Source of the DNA: Anaerolineae bacterium
GTDB lineage: Bacteria > Chloroflexota > Anaerolineae > Epilineales > Epilineaceae
Direction of reading: 5' to 3'
Assembly: GCA_034432155.1 (NCBI GenBank)
Contig: DAOUCP010000098.1
Location: forward strand, 583 to 64,582
DNA length: 64,000 nucleotides
The notes under the pieces were generated by a model that was not told the DNA's origin, ran no database searches, and was given only the letters and a program-made list of their open reading frames with translations. A program made the translations under genes and the position numbers. Positions 18,334 through 26,992 of the stretch are shown piece by piece (positions within the stretch are counted from its first letter, which is position 1; each line of letters opens with the position of its first letter).

Positions 18334-18575
18334 GGGTTGCCAGCCGGTAGCCGGTCGTGCTTCCCGGCGCCTCGCTGTCCCAGGCCGGTCAGCCCGCGCC
18401 ACGTGGTGTTGCGTCACCCTTGGAATCCTGGCCCCGACTGCCCAGTGGCTTGGCTTTGGGTTTGGGGTGGTCGAAGGCGGGCACGCGCGTCGGACGCGAC
18501 CAGCGCCAGCCTAGCAGCCAATGGATGACTCGAGGGGGCGAGCGCCGCAGGCGCGAGATCTCAAGAAGCGGCCAC

Positions 18576-19004
18576 TCATGTGAGTGGATTGGTGTAACGG
18601 ACTCCAGCGAATCGTCCGAAGTCGGGATCACTGGAGCAGATCTCCGCGCCGTGCTCGAGGGCGATCGCCGCTAGATGGGCATCGCTGGTGAGGTTGCCCG
18701 CAGTTCCCAACGGCGCCAGGAGGCCCCGGAGAATGGCGAAGTGGCGGGGCGTTGGATTCAGAATGGTCGCGCACGGTCGAGCGAGCCAGGCCTCGAGCAC
18801 CTCGAAGGCCTCGTCCGGCTCGAGTGGATGGGGGAAGATCGCCGGTCGTGTGCTGAGGCGCAAGAACGCCAGTAGGACAACCCACGTGAAGGCGACCGTC
18901 TCGGAGCCGGACAGAGCCTGCTCCAACCAGGACCTCGCGGCTGCGTGGCAGGGCGCATCCTCGTTGACGGCATAGAGCAGGAGGTTAGCGTCGACCAGCT
19001 TCAC
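18576..19004 (-). CDS. vapC: PIN-domain ribonuclease toxin VapC
   Basis: Begins MKLVDANLLLYA and ends TSDAHLAAIALEHGAEICSSDPDFGRF, which is PIN-domain architecture. Confidence 0.85.
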   Translation of the reverse strand: MKLVDANLLLYAVNEDAPCHAAARSWLEQALSGSETVAFTWVVLLAFLRLSTRPAIFPHPLEPDEAFEVLEAWLARPCATILNPTPRHFAILRGLLAPLGTAGNLTSDAHLAAIALEHGAEICSSDPDFGRFAGVRYTNPLT

Positions 19005-19264
19005 TTGCCCACGCTCAGCCTGCGCGCGATCTCGTGGTCTTCGAGAGCTGCCGCCAGCGACAGCGCCCGATCCAGCGACGCCTCCGGGCGGAAGCCCATG
19101 CGGAACGTGCGCTGCACGAACCTTTCCTGGGGGCTGCTCGCGCCAACCAACAGTGCTGATCTCAGGGCCTGGTTCAGCGCCTCCTTGAACGAGATACCCT
19201 GCTCGCGCATACGATTGCGGATCAGGGCCTCCACATCTGGGTCTAGGGTCACGGTGGTTCGCAT
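19001..19264 (-). CDS. vapB: VapB-type antitoxin
   Basis: 87-aa ORF overlapping the vapC start by 4 nt. It is in the usual position for a type II toxin-antitoxin antitoxin. Confidence 0.75.
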   Translation of the reverse strand: MRTTVTLDPDVEALIRNRMREQGISFKEALNQALRSALLVGASSPQERFVQRTFRMGFRPEASLDRALSLAAALEDHEIARRLSVGK

Positions 19265-19320
19265 GCCAACATCATAGCATCAGCCTGGTAGCTGTCAAGA
19301 TGATGCCGCGACAGGCCTCC

Positions 19321-19388
19321 GGGATGGCGCCCAGCCCTCGGCAGTGCTTGAGGCCCGGGATGGCGCCGAGCCCTCGGCAGTGCTCCAG
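19321..19388. repeat. Tandem 34-bp direct repeat (x2) in the vapBC upstream region, a candidate autoregulatory operator
   Basis: The two copies are gggatggcgcccagccctcggcagtgcttgagg and gggatggcgccgagccctcggcagtgctccagg, about 60-120 nt upstream of the vapB start. Confidence 0.4.
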
Positions 19389-19586
19389 GCACGGGAGGCG
19401 TTCACCGCGTGATCGCGTGCCTGCCATCGGGTTGGGGATTGGATGCCTGCGCTTGTCGGCAGTCGCGGCCTATCCGGACGCCCGGCCGCGCTCGGTAAGC
19501 GCATCCCCGACGTGAGAGGGACGCATTGGTACCGAAGTCCTCTGGGCGATCCAGGCCGCTGGCCGCCGAAGCGCTACGCCACGCCG

Positions 19587-20423
19587 TCAGGATTGGCGCG
19601 GTCGCCCGACTGCCAGGACGGCCAGGAAGATCAGCGTCGCCGTGAGCACGATGGCCGCGCCGGAGGCCACACCAAGGTAGTATGACGCGTACAGCCCGAT
19701 CACGCCCGAGGCAGCGGCCACAAAAGCCGAGAGCGCCATCATGGCCGGCAACCGACGGGTGACGAGCGAAGCGGTAGCTGCCGGCGTGACCAACATGGCT
19801 ACCATCAGGGCCACGCCGACGGTCTGGAGGGAGATGGCGACCGTCACGGCAACGAGTACGAGCAGGAGGTTGTCGAAGAGTGCTGCTGGCAGGCGCAGCG
19901 TCGATGCCAGGACCGGATCGAAGGAGATGACCAAGAACTCCTTGTAGAAGGCGACGATGACCAGGAGGACCAAGGCACCGAAACCGCCGATCCAGACCAG
20001 CGACCGCGGGCCGACTCCCAGCACGTCGCCGAATAAGAAGTGACTCAAGTCCACCGCGTAGCTTCGCACCGTCGAGATGATGGCGATGCCAAGGGCGAAC
20101 ATCCCGGCGAAGATGACACCGATCGCCGTGTCCTCTTTGATGCGCCCTGTCCGGCGAACCGCGCCGATGCCCAACGATGCCACCACCGCGGTACCCAACG
20201 CCCACCAGAAGAGTGGCTCGCGGCTTCCGCCGCCCACCAGGTAGCCCACCGCCACGCCCGGCAGCACGCTGTGCGCCAACGCATCGCCGAAGAAGGCCAT
20301 GCCGCGGAGGACGACGTAGGTCCCCACCACCGCGCACACTGTGCCCGCCATGAGAACGGCCACCAGGCCCCGCTGCATGAACCCGTAGCGCAAAGGGTCG
20401 GCCAGCCAATCAGTGAGCGGCAT
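19587..20423 (-). CDS. znuB: Metal (Zn/Mn) ABC transporter permease
   Basis: 278-aa polytopic membrane protein of the ZnuB/MntB/TroC family. Confidence 0.85.
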   Translation of the reverse strand: MPLTDWLADPLRYGFMQRGLVAVLMAGTVCAVVGTYVVLRGMAFFGDALAHSVLPGVAVGYLVGGGSREPLFWWALGTAVVASLGIGAVRRTGRIKEDTAIGVIFAGMFALGIAIISTVRSYAVDLSHFLFGDVLGVGPRSLVWIGGFGALVLLVIVAFYKEFLVISFDPVLASTLRLPAALFDNLLLVLVAVTVAISLQTVGVALMVAMLVTPAATASLVTRRLPAMMALSAFVAAASGVIGLYASYYLGVASGAAIVLTATLIFLAVLAVGRPRQS

Positions 20424-21276
20424 GCCGGTCGCCCTCGCAACACGTATCCGCCACCACGTGATCGTCGACGATGGTCAACGCGGGGCCGTACGCTTCTCGC
20501 AAGAATGCCGACCGCATGACCACCTCGGCGGTGCCGAAGGCCACGAGCCGACGGTTAAGGAGCAGGATCCGGTCAAAGTAGCGTGCCGCCTGCTCGAGGT
20601 CGTGGGTGGCCACCATCACCGTCACCTTGGCGTGGCGCAGACGCTCCAGAAGTGCCAGCAGGCCCTCCTGAGCCGGTGCGTCCAGACCGGCGAGCGGCTC
20701 GTCCATTAGGAGCAGCTCCGATTCTTGGGCCAGGGCGCGAGCGATGAACATCCGCTGCTGCTGCCCGCCAGAAAGCTCCGCGATGTGGCGATCCGCCAGG
20801 TCGGCAATGCCGACCGTCGCCAGCGTCGTACGGACGAATTCCCAGTCTCGCTTCTTCGGCCAGCCGAAGAGACCCAGCTTGGCGATCCGCCCCATCATGA
20901 CGACATCGGCCACCGACACTGGGAAATGCCAATCGACCTGGTTGCGCTGCGGAACGTAGGCGATGCACACGTGCCCACTGGGCCCCGAGCCGTAGACCGT
21001 CACCTCACCTTCGTCCGGGCGCAGGACGCCGGCGATGACTTTGAAGAGGGTGCTCTTGCCTGCGCCGTTCGGACCCACCACGGCGATCCGCTCGCCAGGG
21101 TGGAGGTGGAAGCTCACCCCTTCGAGTGCGGCGAGGCCGTGGTACCGAACCGTCAGGCCACGCACGTCGAGAATGCGTTGGTCCGGTTTGTGGACCGAGT
21201 GGCGGTACACGGCGAGGGTCCGCCTGGTCCGATTCCGCCTTCTGCCGAACGAGCGAGCAAGAGAGAGTCTCGTCAC
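20410..21276 (-). CDS. znuC: Metal ABC transporter ATP-binding protein
   Basis: Walker A (GPNGAGKST), the LSGGQQQR signature and Walker B (LLLMDEP). The start codon is uncertain. Confidence 0.85.
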   Translation of the reverse strand: MTRLSLARSFGRRRNRTRRTLAVYRHSVHKPDQRILDVRGLTVRYHGLAALEGVSFHLHPGERIAVVGPNGAGKSTLFKVIAGVLRPDEGEVTVYGSGPSGHVCIAYVPQRNQVDWHFPVSVADVVMMGRIAKLGLFGWPKKRDWEFVRTTLATVGIADLADRHIAELSGGQQQRMFIARALAQESELLLMDEPLAGLDAPAQEGLLALLERLRHAKVTVMVATHDLEQAARYFDRILLLNRRLVAFGTAEVVMRSAFLREAYGPALTIVDDHVVADTCCEGDRHAAH

Positions 21277-22274
21277 TTCAATCCTTCTGCGATGGCCGTG
21301 ACATTGTACTGCATGTATTTCAGGTAGGTATCAGCCTTCCCACCCGGTTCACTCAGCGAACCCGTGTAAATGCGCACCACCTGGATCCCCGTGTCGTTGG
21401 CCACTTGTTCGGCCAGAGTTGGATTGGCGCTCATGCCAACGAAAATTGCCGGGACCCGCGCGGCGCGGATCCGCTCCTCGAGTTGGGCGAGCTCTCGCGC
21501 CGAGGGCGATGCGTTGCTGCTGAACGAGCCGATGAGCGCGCCGACCTGTTGAAAGCCATACTCCTGGGCGAAGTAGCCGAACACGAGATGATCGCTGACC
21601 AGTCTGCGTCGCTCGGGCGGGATCGGGGCCACCCGCACGCGGATCCAGGCATCGAGTTCGCGCAAACGTCCGGCGTAGGCCTCCGCGTTGGCCCGGTATG
21701 CCGCGGCGTGCGCGGGGTCGGCCTCGGAGAGGGCAGCAGCGATGTTCTCTGTCCAGACGATCACGTTGTTGGGATCGGTCCAGGTGTGGGGATCGCCACC
21801 CTCGTGATGGTGGTCGGCCGCCGTGGGGCCGCGCTCGTCCTCGGGTTCGCCTTCTTGGGGTTCCTCGCCTTGGCTGCCGTGTTGGCCGTCGCCGAGCTGC
21901 AGCGGTGGAATGCCCTCCGAGGCATGGACAACGGTGCCCCGGGCGTTGGATTCCAGTACGGGAGCGAGCGCCTCCTCCAGGCCTAGACCGTTGATGACGA
22001 TGACATCGGCGGCACCGATGACCGCCACGTCCTCGGGTCTGGGCTGAAAGGTGTGGGGGTCGCTGCCGGGCGGGAACAGAACCGTGCAGTCGATCCCGTC
22101 GCCGCCAACTTGGGCCACAACGTCCCCGACGATGGTTGTCGAAGCGACCACCCTGAGAGGACTCGGCCCGCCACCCAGCTCGCCGCGGCAGGCCGCGGGC
22201 AAGAAGGTGCCGATGATCCCGACGATGGCCGCGAGGCCGACGAGAAGAAGTCTGTGTCCGTGCGCGGTCACCAT
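21273..22274 (-). CDS. znuA: Metal ABC transporter substrate-binding protein (ZnuA/TroA family) with a His-rich loop
   Basis: Signal peptide plus a His/acidic loop (DHHHEGGDPH) typical of zinc-binding ZnuA. Confidence 0.85.
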   Translation of the reverse strand: MVTAHGHRLLLVGLAAIVGIIGTFLPAACRGELGGGPSPLRVVASTTIVGDVVAQVGGDGIDCTVLFPPGSDPHTFQPRPEDVAVIGAADVIVINGLGLEEALAPVLESNARGTVVHASEGIPPLQLGDGQHGSQGEEPQEGEPEDERGPTAADHHHEGGDPHTWTDPNNVIVWTENIAAALSEADPAHAAAYRANAEAYAGRLRELDAWIRVRVAPIPPERRRLVSDHLVFGYFAQEYGFQQVGALIGSFSSNASPSARELAQLEERIRAARVPAIFVGMSANPTLAEQVANDTGIQVVRIYTGSLSEPGGKADTYLKYMQYNVTAIAEGLK

Positions 22275-22295
22275 CGTTTCCTTCCCTCGAAGTGC

Positions 22296-22733
22296 TCAGC
22301 AGTCCGTCCGGCCATCCGTCTGACAAGCCTCGCAGACGCCGGAGACCTGCAACCAATGGTCGCGGATGTCGAAACCCGTCTCCTGACCGATGCGACGAAA
22401 GAGTGCCTCCAGGCGGTCGCCCTCGAACAGCACCGCCCGTCCGCAGCCTTCGCAAAGCAAGATGTGCTGGTGTCCCTGTCCGGCTCGCAGGAAGGCCTGA
22501 CAGCTCCGGGCTTGATGGACCCGCTGCACCAGACCCAGCGCCTCGAGCTTGTCGAGGGTACGGTATACCGTCACCAGGCCCAGGCGCGGATTGATCCGGC
22601 GACCCAAGTCAAAGACCTCGAGCGGCGTCAGTGGCCGCTCGGCAGACTGCATCACCTGGACCACGGCGCGCCGCGGCCCGGTCAAGCGACAGCCCGAGGT
22701 CCTGAGGCGGACCAGCCACGGTTCGAGGGTCAT
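22296..22733 (-). CDS. zur: Fur-family metalloregulator (Zur)
   Basis: Fur-family fold with CxxC...CxxC (CEGCG...CEAC). The ATG at 22733 is preferred over the TTG at 22763 because a palindromic box overlaps the TTG. Confidence 0.8.
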   Translation of the reverse strand: MTLEPWLVRLRTSGCRLTGPRRAVVQVMQSAERPLTPLEVFDLGRRINPRLGLVTVYRTLDKLEALGLVQRVHQARSCQAFLRAGQGHQHILLCEGCGRAVLFEGDRLEALFRRIGQETGFDIRDHWLQVSGVCEACQTDGRTDC

Positions 22734-22744
22734 GGTCGTGCCCT

Positions 22745-22762
22745 TACTGAAGTCCGTTTTCA
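22745..22762 (-). promoter_or_regulatory. Candidate Zur/Fur box (TGAA-N7-TTCA AT-rich palindrome)
   Basis: tgaagtccgttttca lies immediately upstream of the zur-znuABC operon start. It stands out as AT-rich in GC-rich DNA. Confidence 0.4.
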
Positions 22763-22804
22763 ACTATAGCGGCGCCGGAAGCCAAGATCAAGGCTCGGCC
22801 GCCA

Positions 22805-23068
22805 TGGGCGGCGCCGCCCGACGATCTGACAGCCATCGAGGGCATCGGACCGGTGATCCAGGACATCCTGCGCGACGCCGGCATTGCCACTTTCGAGGCG
22901 CTGGCGGCTACGTCGGCCGAGCGACTGGCGACCATCCTCGCTGATGCGGACTTCCGGGCTCCGGTGGACCCCGCCACCTGGCCCGAGCAGGCTGCTCTGG
23001 CCGCTGCTGGCCGCTGGGCGGAGCTGTCTGAGCTGCAGCGGCGACTGAGGGGCGGACGCGGCGAGTAG
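22805..23068 (+). CDS. Small helix-hairpin-helix (DUF4332-like) protein, paralogous to the C-terminus of the 25902-26411 gene
   Basis: 88-aa ORF reading MGGAAPDDLTAIEGIGPVIQDILRDAGIATFEAL.... It shares ~93% nucleotide identity with 26163-26411. Confidence 0.5.
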   Translation, partial: WAAPPDDLTAIEGIGPVIQDILRDAGIATFEALAATSAERLATILADADFRAPVDPATWPEQAALAAAGRWAELSELQRRLRGGRGE

Positions 23069-23159
23069 GGGCGGGCTGTCCGAGCTGCAGCCGCGGTCTA
23101 GGCCTGAATCAAGCGGTGCGCCATCGCGATCGCCTTGCAGGGGTCTCGGAGGCCGTGTC

Positions 23160-23600
23160 TGTCAAGGCGGTGCAAATGCGAGGGTGCTCCCCTTCGGGTA
23201 TGCGGTTAGCGGATGGGCGCGAAGGGGAACGGCGGGGCGGCTTCAAGACGGTCCGTTGCGGTCGGATCCGAGAGCGCCATCGACTCGTGGCTGAAATACC
23301 GTCGGTCGAGCTGCCACTCGTCGTCGATCTCCTGCAGGATCGTGCCGACCAGGCGAATCACGGACTCGTCGTCAGGGAAGATGCCGACGACGTTCGTCCG
23401 TCGCCGGACCTCCTTGTTGACTCTCTCCAGCGGGTTGGTCCAGTCGATCCTCGACCCGTGCGTTGGCGGGAAGGCCATGGTTGCCAGTACGCCGTTGCCT
23501 CCCTTTCGTCTGGAACGGACATTCGCCGAAAGGAAGTACACGGTGGCTCTCCTTGTCCACTCCGCCCAAGTACACCACTCCCTGAGACACTAGCCAATAC
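23160..23600 (-). mobile_element. 3' remnant of an IS256-family insertion sequence
   Basis: Encodes a transposase C-terminus (TNPLERVNKEVRRRTNVVGIFPDDESVIRLVGTILQEIDDEW). The terminal ~75 nt recur at 35018-35100. Confidence 0.6.
23206..23541 (-). pseudogene. IS256-family transposase, C-terminal 111-aa fragment
   Basis: Only the C-terminal domain is present. Upstream there is no continuation in any frame. Confidence 0.6.
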
Positions 23601-23761
23601 AGGCAAGACTGTACCTTTCGATCGCATGCCGTATGGCAATAAACCACAGGTTCGCATAACAACTGCTCTGGCGAGCCACCCCTTCCACCTTGCCGTCGGC
23701 CGGACTGTCCTTAGCGTAGCTGTTTGGAATCGGCGGGCAATGGCCGCCAAGGAGGTTCACG

Positions 23762-25087
23762 ATGCCCCGCGCAAGCGTAGGGCGCAAAGTCCTCCTCCTG
23801 GCCCTGGCTTCGATCGCCTCGTGGCTCGGGAGCGAAGCAGTCCTGGTGTCCGCCGGCTGCAACGTGTGGACGAGCCACGGACCAGAGGGCGGCGGCATTT
23901 CCGCCCTGGCAATCGACCCGGCGACGCCAACAACCTTGTACGCCGCGGCAGGCGGCGGCATCTTCAAGAGCACCGACGGCGGTCGGAGCTGGAGGGCGAT
24001 CAACAAGGGCCTGGGCTCAGGGAGAGTCTGGGCCCTGGCCATAGACCCGAAGACGCGAAGCATCCTGTACGCGGCGGCAGTCGTCGGCGGCGTGTTCAAG
24101 AGCACAAACGGTGGCGACAGCTCGAGTGCCGCCTTCACCGGTCTGAGCGGTTGGGCATTCGGCGCCCTGGCCATAGACCCCGCACAGCCAAGCACGGTCT
24201 ATGTTGGCACAGACTCGGGCGTTTACAAGAGCATAGACGGCGGCGCCAGTCGGACCACCGCCAACACCGGCCTGAAGACGTCCCCGCGCGAGTATCGCTT
24301 TGTCGGCGCCCTAACGATCGATCCGACGCAGCCAAGCATACTCTATGCTGGCACAGACCTGGGCGTCTTCAAGAGCACGAACGGTGGTGGGAACTGGCGT
24401 GCGGCCAACACCTGGCTGGCTGCCCCGCTTGTCACGGCGCTGGCGATCGATCCGGTAACACCAAGCATCGTCTAAGCCGGGACAGACGGCCGCGGCGTGC
24501 ACAAAAGCACAAATGGGGGCACGGATTGGACGGCGATCAACAACGGCCTGACCGCCACGCATGTCCTGGCGCTGGCAATAGACCCGGCCGCGCCGATCAC
24601 CCTCTATGCGGGGACGCGCTACGACGGGGGCCTGTTCAAGAGCACCGACGGCGGCGCTAGCTGGCGGCTGGCCAGAACCGGCCTGGCTGGCGGCTACGTC
24701 GTGGCGCTGGCAATCGACCCGACGACGCCAACGACCGTCTACGCGGTGGAATACAGCGCGGGTGGAGTGTATAAGAGTACGAATGGCGCTGAGAGTTGGT
24801 GGCGCACTGCGTCTACGCCCGGCACGGAATACCGTTTGGCGATCGACCCGGCGACGCCAAGCACCCTCTATGCCGGGACATCCAGCGGTGGTGTCTTCTT
24901 GAGCGGCAACGGCGCCGAGGAGTGGATGGATTTCAACGCCGGTTTGATGAAACTGAGCGTTTGTGCCCTCGCGATCGACCCGGTGACGCCGGCGATCGTC
25001 TATGCCGGGACCTATGGCGGCGGTGTGGCGTCTATTCGGCAAGTATCACAACAATTCTTCCTCCCACTTGCTTTGCGCGGCCATTAG
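23762..25087 (+). pseudogene. Secreted BNR/Asp-box-like repeat beta-propeller protein interrupted by an in-frame TAA
   Basis: Signal peptide followed by about ten repeats of LAIDPxxPxTLYAGTxxGVFKSTNGGxSW. The stop at 24473-24475 falls exactly where the repeat consensus expects Tyr (SIV*AGTDG). The two ORFs are in the same frame. Confidence 0.7.
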
Positions 25088-25901
25088 GCATTTGTGGCAA
25101 TAGATTTAGCAGAATCTGCTTGGGCTTTGCAAAAGCAAATATAAGGCAACCGCACACAGATGATATAGTGATTCACCCACGCTAATGCTAGGCTTCGAAA
25201 CACTACTTCTTGACCGTAAAGTCGTCACAGTAACACTGCGCTCAAGTCTTTGTGATGCATCATTTGAACCGATCCCTGATGGCGCGAGTGCATTCGCTCA
25301 GATATGTGCTTTTGCCCAGTGTGCAGAGAGACCGCGTAGATACGCCCCAGCCGAGTCCCGCATGCTGTTGTTCCGCCGCGGCGGCCAATGCGGGCGGGGG
25401 CCCGCGCGTCACTCTGACGACGGCCGCCAGGTGGGCCGCCATCGCCCCGGACTGCCGGTGCACGGCCTTCGCCACGCAAGCTGTGCTCGGGCGACTGCCG
25501 AGCCCGCAGAGAGGACTGGCAGCCCCAGGATTGACGGATCTGCCGCCGCAGGCCCGCCGCCGGCAGCCTTTGGCGGGCGGCGTGTAGGGCCACCATGCCC
25601 AGGCCGGGACGGATCCGGCGGCCCGCGCGGAACAGCGCCGCCGGCGCAGGCGGCCACCCGACAGACTGTCGCATCGCGACCGCACCGCCTGGCGGCCGAG
25701 CACGATGCCGCACGGCCTGCCTTCGTGCCACCGCCGACGGTGGTCTGGCCGCACGGCTCAGTAGTGGCTATCCTTGCGGACGGTTGACACGCAGTGCTTC
25801 GCGCTGGCGCGTCCGACGCCCTGGTCCGCTGCGACGGAGACGCTTCCGGCGACGGCGCGCATCGCTGCCCGAACGTCACGGAGGATGGGAGGAGGAAAAC
25901 C

Positions 25902-26411
25902 ATGACGCAGAAGACGGGAGCTGTGTTCCTGCTGATCGCCGGCCTAATTCTGGCGATCGTTTCGCTGTTCGCCGACAGCCTCGGCATCGGCACCAAGGTT
26001 GGCACGTTTGGCTGGGCTCAGACGGCCGGGACCATCGTCGGCGTTGTGGCCGTCGTCGCCGCTCTGTACCTGCTCGCGCGAGCCCGTGCGGCTGAGAGCG
26101 CGACCGCCCAGCCCGAGACGCAGGGAGCCGGCGAGCCGATCGGGCCGGCCCCGGTGGCGCCGGACGATCTGACGGCCATTGAGGGCATCGGACCGGTGAT
26201 CCAGGGCATCCTGCGAGACGCCGGCATTGCCACCTTCGGGGCGCTGGCAGCCACCTCGGCGGAGCGACTGGCGACCATCCTCGCTGATGCGGACTTCCGG
26301 GCTCCGGTGGACCCTGCCACCTGGCCCGACCAGGCTGCCCTGGCCGCTGCTGGCCGCTGGGCGGAGCTGTCTGAGCTGCAGCAGCGACTGAGGGGCGGAC
26401 GCGGCGAATAG
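25902..26411 (+). CDS. Membrane-anchored protein with a C-terminal helix-hairpin-helix (DUF4332-like) domain
   Basis: GGAGG RBS. Two N-terminal transmembrane helices, an A/P-rich linker, then the IEGIGPVIQGILRDAGIATF module. Confidence 0.65.
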   Translation: MTQKTGAVFLLIAGLILAIVSLFADSLGIGTKVGTFGWAQTAGTIVGVVAVVAALYLLARARAAESATAQPETQGAGEPIGPAPVAPDDLTAIEGIGPVIQGILRDAGIATFGALAATSAERLATILADADFRAPVDPATWPDQAALAAAGRWAELSELQQRLRGGRGE

Positions 26412-26992
26412 GCGGGAGCCGCCCGATGGCATCAGCGGCTGACGGCCGTGCGGTGCGAATGGGGCGAGCCGAGCCCCTGCAGCAGGCACGGAGGGGCGGA
26501 CGCGGTGAATCAGGGCGAACCGGCAGCGTACGGCACCCACGGCTCTGCGGAAGGCGAACTGTCTCTTGGTGCCGTGGAAAGGGCGAGGCATCCCCGGCGC
26601 CGCCCTCGCGCGACCGCGGGGGGATCGGATTGCCCGTCGGCGGTCTCTTGCCATGGCCATGGCTTGGACACGTACCGCGTCCCGAAACGGCACTGTTCCA
26701 AGCCGTCGTCACGCCGCAACGGCCAGAAGCTCGTCGATTCGGCCCCTGCCGTGTCGTGCCCGTGGTTGCCAGCGTGAGCCCCGGATTGGCTCTCCGTGAC
26801 CGTGCGCGTTGGCCGATGCCAGGGCTAGCCTCCTTCCTCCGGGCGGAGCGCCCAGTGTGGTCGAACATAGTTGCTACTCCGGCAGAACTCGGCGAAGGAG
26901 TATGGGCATGCCCGGGTCCGTTAGCGAGGCGCCGCGACGCAACAGCTGGGTCGAATGCCGTGGAGCGGGGTGCTGACGGCTGAGGGGGGCGC

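Noticed and set aside
21349-22455. 368-aa minus-strand ORF rich in Arg/Gly/Pro overlapping znuA and zur
   Set aside because: Composition artefact of an alternative frame (RGRGRPPG...). The ZnuA and Zur frames carry clear family motifs.
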